Part shown: positions 39,142 to 47,099 of the stretch, one piece after another
Layout of the letters: each line of letters begins with the position of its first letter
How positions within the stretch are numbered: position 1 is the first letter of the stretch
From: Ancylonema sp.
Lineage: Eukaryota
Reading direction: 5' to 3'
Length of the DNA: 47,099 nucleotides
Assembly: GCA_050230475.1 (NCBI GenBank)
Contig: JBFLGF010000057.1
Span: forward strand, 62,001-109,099
Notes under the pieces: model-generated
What the model was told of the DNA's origin: nothing
The model's database searches: none
What the model saw: only the letters and a program-made list of their open reading frames with translations
Made by a program: the position numbers and the translations under genes

Positions 39142-40949
39142 GATGATGTTTAGAACTAGTGAATTTTATGATTTTTTTAAGTTTCATAAACTGTATTTAA
39201 TTGCGAGAATATCTTATGTGTGTAAATAGGATGAAGATATTGGTATTAGCACAATGTTTACCATGTATGAGGGTCAAGATGTACATTTTTGTACAAATTT
39301 TGATGTGTTAACTAAGCTACATCCACATCCCCAAATTATTCTGATACCAATTTAACCCGGAAAATCAATGAGTTCTCCATATGTGGACACTTGAAATGCA
39401 CAACACAGTGTGTCATTGAGTAAAGTCTAGGAAGTATGTATATCCGCAATTTTGCGCGTTTCAGAAAGTACTAAGTATTACCACTTGACACGCAATGGCT
39501 TGAACGATGTGGTTATGACCACACACGCTACAATCATGCAAGATTTAAGCCTTGTTACATTGATCATATTTCGACCAGGTGTGATGATTTTTCGCCCCCT
39601 TATGACCTTCATTTGTTACCGAGCTACTATATTCATGAACAATTCGGCTAGCAATGCAATTCACCACCACGTGCTCGGTATGTAATGAGCGATAATCGAC
39701 TTGCTGCGAGTTGACAAAGCTATGGCCGGTGAAGGGCTGCCTCTGTTTCCAAATTTGAATAATGAAATACTAATTGTCGTCTATTGAAACAACTCACGCC
39801 ACTTTTCTTTAATACTGCGTCCCATTGTTGGCATCTGCCATGTTCCATCTTGCCAAATTAAAAAGTATGTTCATATTTGTCTACAAAGGCAATTGTACAT
39901 GTCATTGTGTCGCTTTGATTGTTTATTGAAATGTAATGTCAGTCCATATATGATCGTGTGACTATATAGTGTATTGCGCCGCCGGTTGCAATCAAGAACC
40001 GGTGCAGGCGATAGTGGCGCAAGTAGTTTCGCTTTATAGCGATAGAAATGATCGGCGCGCTAATACCGTACAGTTGATGTACGGTGCGTAGTGTGACCCT
40101 TGCCGGCATAGCGGCGGGAAATATACACGTAGATGTATTTAGCGTACGTTCGCAACGTTTCGTAGTTCACTAGACGACACGCTAGTAACGTGCGGTCACT
40201 GCAGCTGTGCAGGACCTAACACACACTCAGACACTAAGACACTCTGACAGCATTCTGCCAGAGTGAGCCTCGTGGTGCATGTAACTAACCTTGCACAATC
40301 TGTGCGTTGTGATTGTGTTATCTGCATCCTGGCTGGCGTTGCATCCAGTACTGTGATACTACGTCGCTTGTATCGCTGATCGTCGAATTCAGTCGTACAT
40401 GGAGCTTCCAGAGTGTGTCCGAGTATTTTCATTTTCACAGTCCCGTACACTAACGTATAGAGACCCAAGCAACCGCCTTGCCTTGGGTCAATCTTCCCTC
40501 TGACAGAATTCATTTTTTTTTTTTTAACAGAGCTTTGTACAAAAATATAAAAGTAGACTCAATCGCCGGAATTCGGCCGATTGAGTGGCTGAGCAGCCAT
40601 AGTTCATGGCATCAGCTTGGTATAGTCTTCCAGGAACCCAACCCACCCTAAAACCAGCCTCCTCTCCTACTTGCTACCTCTCAGCCTTCCCTTAAACCTG
40701 GAAATTTGGAATTTGGGTTATCCGAACGGACGCCTAGCCAAATTTCTCCAGAATTTGAAGCTGAAAATTGAGCAGGCAGCTAAGGCAGCCCTGTACGATG
40801 GCAATGGAGGGGCGGAGCAGTGTTATTACGTTAAAGAATGAGCGGGCTGGTCGGAAGAACGTTAAGCGGGTGCGCACTGTCATTTACTATTAGGGTAACG
40901 TAATTGTTGTACTTCTCAGATCTGAGTACTCAACTGAACAAAAAGAGCA

Positions 40950-42900
40950 ACACAGAGGCAGCACTTCAGGGCACCGTGGTGGCCCTAGCTGCACCAGCCT
41001 GTACGGGACTCGGGCATCCGCCAGTCCGAAAGGTCGCCACCCCCTTCAGTTACTCGCACAACTGCACCGGTGGTAGTTGCAGCACCTGCAGCACCAGCAT
41101 TAAGGCCAACGACCGCAGAGGGGTATGGAGCAACTCCCTAAAACCTTCAACCAAGCTTTACCCCTTTCAAGCGTATAAGGAGCCATAAACCAACTTTATC
41201 CTCCATCAAACCTATTCCCAGACCCACATCTGGGGGGGGGAGAATGGATGCATTGAGACGCCGTTGGAGACTGCAACAGCCATCGTCCATGCAGCAGACA
41301 ATATGAGGAGCTGGCAAGCCTAGATGAAGACATGGTAACCAATCAAAGAAAGCTGCGAAAGAAGGCCAAGCAATACGCGCATGGCAGCGGCTGGCTGCAG
41401 AGGTAGCACCTACCCTCAACTCCAAACGGAAGCCCTCCGGGTTCAGGACCTGGCAGCGGCGCTAACATAAGCGATGGCAACAGATGAGACAACACTGCAG
41501 GGGGCCCAACTCAGCTGCAACTGTAGCTGTTCGTGGCGCGTAGTGGCTCTGGCGGCACCAGCAAGAAGAGGGCGGGGGTGTCTGACAGCCTGTAGGGCTG
41601 CAAGGCCCCCTGGTCATCCCCAGAGCTGCAACAGCTGCAGTACCAGCTGAGAGAGGAGTCTGAAACTCCCTAAAACCTTAAACCAGGCCTTAGCCATTCA
41701 GGAACCAGACCCAGAACCTGAACCCAAACCAGAACCTGAACCGGAATCTGAACCTGAACCCCAACTAGAACGTGGAACTATAAACCAAACCTTTTCCTGG
41801 ATTGCTTTTGGGGGGGGGTTCTGGAGGCGTGGAGACGCCCCTTGTTGGGGCTGGTCAGCAGCCTAGATTGGCTACCGGACACAAAGGAATCTCAGGATCA
41901 TGCGGTCCTAGAGGACAACTTTGGTCCTCGAACTTCAACCCTCCAAGTCCAAATGCAAGACTTGCAGTGACCTGGCAGGCGCACAAGGAGCCAAACATAC
42001 AACACAGGTGGCTGCAGCAGTTGCACGGAAACCTTTTCTCCAACTCGCAGCACTCCAACTGCGGGACCTGGCAGCCTAGCAAGCTACAAAGGTGGCTGCA
42101 GAGGATGCAGTTCGGCGCGGGGACGCAAAAAGAGGCCAGCTACAGCGCCATAGAGATGCGGAATCTGCAGAGGAGCTGGTCGCAATAAAACAACAATAGT
42201 CTGGCAACAGTGGCTGCAGACGATGCAGCTGGGTGCCCAACCTTCCCTTCTTACAGACGTGGAGGAAAAGGAGTTCCACATGGGATAGTGGGGAGAATGA
42301 TGGCGACGCAAGGCGTCACGCCAAACCGCATTCGATAACTTGCGCTATGGATGGCATTACAATACGCTGGCTGGGTGCACTGATGCACCTCAGCCAGACG
42401 TAGGGCTCACAACCCACCCGGGGGGCTCGAGATCAGTGCATCTCGCCTGGGGGGAGATCCACCACATCCACCCTGCCTACGCCCAACGCCATTATGCGAC
42501 ATGCATCGGAGAGGGGAATCGTGCGAGGAACCAGATTTCCGATTCTGAGAATTTTCTGGAGGAGGAGCTTGACCCTGCCGCCTTTAGCCACAGAGCTGCA
42601 AGTATTCCTGGATAGGATAGGGCAGGCCTTCCGAGAATGATGTCGCTGGCTATGCGCAACCATGCGATAGCCCAGCAGAGGGAAAGTGAGAGAGATAGGC
42701 TGATGCGCGGAGGTGGCTGGGACCGCCCCAAGGCGTCATTCAAGCCGGGAAAACTTTGAAAAGATAAGGCTGAGGCTTATCCTGTAAAAACCCTAAAAAA
42801 ACTAAGGCACATACTGGTTGGCAGCCCCAACGATGATGGTATAACCTTAACGAGTTGGGTATGAGGAAGAATTTCCTCCGATGGCAGCCCCATCACTAAA
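40950..42900 (+). mobile_element. Degenerate coding remnant homologous to the 35-kb retroelement linker, internally duplicated
   Basis: AALQGTVVALAAPACTGLGHPPVRKVATPF and PKTFNQALP...NQLYPPSNLFPDPHLGGENGCIETPLETATAIVHA match AAVQGPLVAQPAPPHRGRGRPPIRRVNTPY and PQTFNHGLP...NENYPPSNLFPAPPLEGDNVEVETVLQTAMAGVHA of ORF 35406-35822. Many stops. Confidence 0.7.
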
Positions 42901-42910
42901 TATAAAAAAA

Positions 42911-43212
42911 ACCCTGAAGTTAAGTTGTAGTTGTCTCTTAACTTGCTTGCGTTTGACAAAACCAAAATGGACCCTAAAGTTAAGCTGCAGTTGGCTCTTA
43001 ACTTCTTGGCATCTCAAGTACCAGTTATGTATCGAAGTAATAACTAGCAAAAAGGATTTCAAGTACCAATTATGCAGCCAAGGTAATAGCTCGCGAAACG
43101 GATTTCAAGTAAAAGTCATACAGAGGGTAATAACTCGCGAAAAGGAATTCATGTAACAGTTATGTAGCCAATAACTCGTGGAAAATGTGAAGTTGCAATT
43201 GGATCTTAACTT
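42911..43212. repeat. Structured repeat array: AAGTTAAG-N12-CTTAACTT hairpins plus four ~45-bp units
   Basis: Inverted repeats at 42917-42944 and 42977-43004, partial third at ~43187-43212. AAGTA...TAATAACTCGCGAAAAGGATTTC-like units at 43016-43187. Confidence 0.8.
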
Positions 43213-44832
43213 TGAACCTTAAGGTGGCGATGGATGGTGTGATATGCGCAGACCATTCTGCAGTGACAGACCTCTTTCCACATGGCACTACGCACGTGTA
43301 AGACGTCTACCAAGTTTAAGATTTAAGGAATTCCTTTCACTTTTTTGGGGGGGGTTTTGAATCAACTTGCACATGACAGTGTAGAGGTATGTGAGTTGAG
43401 CACATGCGCGTGATGGTGCACGATGTATATGAGTGAGAGTAGTGGAATTGCACACATGGCATGTGACGTATGTGTATTATATAGTTCCATACGTGTGGGT
43501 ATGAATGTGTGAGGACAATGAAATGTTTAATATGTTTATGTGTGTGAGATGTGAAATTTAAAATTTTGTACAGTTATGTGTAAATTGTATGTTACTATAA
43601 TTTTCTGCCTGTGTCTGTGTACAAAATGATAAAATGCATGAAAGTGTTGAACAACTATATTTTTCAGGTATATATTTCCCTTTCTTTTGTGTTTATTTAA
43701 CTTTTTTAATCATCCGTTTTTTTTTTTCGATTTTCTATGGTGAGGGTCGAGGATTTTGGCTGCCATATTTAGTTGTGAGAGGATACATTCGTTGCCATGC
43801 CTATTTGAGACAGGTTTCTTTAACAATATAGAATTTATTCGTCAGTATATTGAATGTAAGAGAGTTTAATTTACTTACCATATATTTAATTTTAGTATAA
43901 TGTATAATGGATACCATTACGTAGTATCGGTATAATTAACATACTTTCATGTATACATCACATATTTTCCAAAAGTTGATGCATGTCATGTATGTTCCTA
44001 TCTAATATTCCCATAATTTCTAGATTGTGGCTTGATGAGGAATTTTCTGTTTTGATGTATCATCCATGCTCACTAGGGTCTACATTGCGTTGCATTAAAA
44101 TTAATATTTACCTTCATTTTTTGTGAATATTACACTCCACGCCTATTTAAATATTAAAAAGTGTACTCACAATGATCATGACCATATATATACACATCGC
44201 TTTCGCCAACTTATCACACCAACACCATCTTTACATATCTTTCTGGCAAAACATCAACCAATGATTGGTACAAATCTCCGTCTTACAACACGCAATAATA
44301 TATTTTTGTACACTACTACAGATTCCAAGACTCCAGGCAGGAAATCCTATAATACAAACTAGCAACTACTCCAAGCCAACTCAAACTGCAGTTTCAACAC
44401 TACAACACAAACTTAGCAACTACCATGAGCGAACTTCCTAGGGATAGACAACGCCATACCCCTCCAAATCCCTGTTTGTAATGAGTAACAAAGTAAACGC
44501 GAAGCGATCTACAAGCTCGTAACCTAAATCATCGACAAACGCACGCCAGGACTACCTCGCAAGTAACAAATCAAAACTAACTAGTAGCCTGCCATGGTCT
44601 TGGCTACAACTAACCTTCTCACTGTATGTACATGTAAATTCCAGCAAAACACCTGTCCAGCCTGATTAAACCAGCCAGGCGGGAGGCAGAACCATTCGTT
44701 GCAGGGGGGCGAGGATGGGACGAGACTATGGTACACACAGGAGGAGCCTGTATCGCACCTTCCATTTCCTGCCATCCGAAGATACTGTGGAAAGAGGGAC
44801 AAAGTACTAGCAAGCCACAGCGCCGTGCGATC

Positions 44833-45528
44833 TCACTTCGCTAGCTCTCGTCTCTGCACCCACAAGTGTAAGGGTTCAAAGATTAGGGTGGGCCAACCTA
44901 AAATTTTCCACAGATCAAAGAGGTGCCGGGATTGACCCTCACCCCGGAAAAAAACTTTCTGAACACTCCGAGGGAAGGAGGTCCCTTCTGATATTCTCTG
45001 AGCGCGAAACTTCACATTCGTATCGCCCATCAAGGCGCTCAACTTCCGTTCAGCCCTCCTTATTGCATATGTCGCAAAAAAGTCGGGGTTCTCCGCCTCA
45101 AGTTCTTTCCACACTGGCCAATCAAGAAAGTGTGAAGGCATGTCAGAGATTATGTTCGATGGACACGAGTCGGACACCTCATGGAGCGCCACGATGAACT
45201 TTCACGACCATGGCACCGAGTCAGTGCTGGATACCTGTGAGCGTTATTGCCGGCTTGACCTTCGCGTGCTTCGAAATCGCTCGCACGCAATCCTCCCTGC
45301 TCAGACGCAGTAACAGGCACCTCTCGATCAAGTGTTGCACCTGAAGCAAGTATTACTGCACCACGTCAGTGAAATGCAGCATATGATGATAAAAAGCACG
45401 TGCACATCTGCTACACCATGTAGGACACTACGAATATTAAGGCGTACCATGAGCACATACGACTTCGACACCTCGACATCTTCCTTGCAGAGAGGGGAAA
45501 CGGCGGAGTGCGAGGTTTGGGGCCGCAT
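44833..45528 (-). CDS. Plant-specific TIGR01589 / A_thal_3526 domain protein
   Basis: Exons 45528-45448 (MRPQ...SKSYVLM), 45340-45235 (VQHLIERCLLLRLSREDCVRAISKHAKVKPAITLT), 45113-onward (VWKELEAENPDFFATY). Matches the remembered consensus VQHLIE.CL...M..EEC..AL.KHA.I.P.IT.TVW.ELE.EN.EFF.AY. 3' end uncertain: the frame is open to 44833, but a further intron is possible. Confidence 0.88.
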
Positions 45529-47099
45529 CGTCTACTACGCATTCGCGGAAACACAGCGGAGTTGATCGTCGTCAGTTATCTCGCAGGCTTGCAGATCGAG
45601 TGGTGAAACAATCCTATTGCTATTCACACTAACCTGTGCAGGCGAGCAATAAGCACTGTGCAGGAGAGGTCGCTCTACATGAGGAATGGATGCGGTGTCA
45701 GATTCAAGGTAGCGGGAGGAAGTCAGGCGACGTGGCACCTCTTGTTGGCCATGAGGTTTCCTTCTCAGCAACCAAACAGCAACCAAAAGTGGAAGACGGC
45801 CAAATATTGATTCATGGCAGCCGTTAGATAAATATCTCCAAAGTTGAACGTGACCTTTTCCCCCGTCGATGATGTTGAAAACACGAGTTCCAAGCATGTT
45901 GGTCGAAATAATATCCACGTAGTACCATTTATTGCCCGCCAAACCGCCGTACGAAAATGATCTGGCTGTAACATGGGCCGCGTAGTAGGCTTACGGTGGT
46001 TCCTTGTCGCGTGTAGATATAGGAATGCCGGCTAGGTCGACTTGCCACCCATGCTAACGTCGACATGGCAGCTTCCCGAGAAGCTGCCAGGTCATGCCAT
46101 CATTTCCCAAGTCAGCAAAAGGCCACGTCTTGCTTTTTTTGCCAGGTAGAAGCAGCCGCCAGAGATAATGATAATATGATAGATAATGAGATTAAAACAC
46201 GACAATATCAACATATCTGGATCGGCCTGTTCAGATCGCGATGACAGTCCAGATACTGTAATATTGTCCCTGATAGCCAAATATTGTCGGGTTTCTTCGA
46301 GGCGAAACCGGGTTGCCGTACGGGTCCAGATATTGTCATAGCTCTGTTGAGTTCGCTGTAACGAGTTCAAAACGTATATGCAGTAAATACTCGTTATAGA
46401 CACATCTCTGGTACACGGGAAACATGTGCCCATAACGTGGCTGTGTTTGCAAGGTGTTCCTCGCGTTACAAGGGCCCTGATGCAGAAGGAAACTCAAAAT
46501 TTTACTGTAAGAGCTCGCGAACTTCGTCGGCCATGTCGCTAAAAAAAATCACCATAATATTCGTATTCGCTGATTGGAGTGTGAAGATTGCAATGATATT
46601 ATGTTTACTCTATCGTGCTATCTAGCATCGCCTACACACACATGTGTTATGCACTGATGTTATGAATACAAACGCACACAATTTTGCTACCTCTAACGTA
46701 ATTGTGCCTATAACGAGCGTGCCTGTAACGGGTATTTACTACGGCTTTAACAGATTGCAATATTGTCAGGTCCGTAACTAATGTCTCGTGATTTGAAGAT
46801 ACACACTCTATATTGCCTGGTGCGAAACCACAATCTCGTAATTTGTATATCGACCTGACAAAGGCGGATTCCACGCACTTTCGGATCGACCCTACCAACG
46901 TGGTTGTCAGGACCACTCCCTATAGTCACTAATGCTTCTCTAGTGAGTGTGCCTGGCTGTTAGGACTACTCCCTCTAGTCGCTAGTGCTCCTATAGTGAG
47001 TGCGCCCTAACACGCACTAGTATGCTTCTAGACTAGATTACAGTTGTGCTTCTAGTGTGTGTATTTCTAGTTGAGTGTTCCTTTCAGTTTAGTATATAT

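Noticed and set aside
39340..39349. PBS-like TCTGATACCA
   Set aside because: Partial match with no adjoining LTR or gag.
46915..47099. CTAG(T)-rich degenerate repeats at the window end
   Set aside because: Possibly a transposon terminus, but cut by the window edge and without diagnostic structure.

Overview
Eukaryotic nuclear DNA with GT-AG introns and the standard genetic code. The gene set is plant-type; a streptophyte alga or early-diverging plant is my inference, not a determination. In order: an intron-containing aldo-keto reductase (- strand, two premature stops, octamer satellite in the last intron); a complete 3.2-kb gag-only Copia LTR element (two LTRs, PBS, PPT, TATTT target duplication); a second, frameshifted and truncated Copia (gag-protease); two copies of peroxisomal acyl-CoA oxidase ACX3 separated by a single N; the last three exons of an ADP-glucose pyrophosphorylase small subunit, cut at a second N; an XBAT35-like ankyrin/RING E3 ligase with a 1617-bp-period internal duplication and a damaged RING; a retroelement gag-linker/aspartic-protease remnant with a homologous inverted copy about 5 kb away; an MBD4-like DNA glycosylase; and a TIGR01589 (A_thal_3526) domain gene. 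Four of the seven host gene copies carry lesions, so either the assembly is locally poor or the segment is decaying. I found no convincing novel multi-gene system. The best leads are the paired Lys-site stops in the AKR, the intron G/C-tract and repeat architecture, the gag-only multi-PPT LTR element, and the unclassified 40.5-43.2 kb element. Family assignments are from remembered sequences, not database searches.
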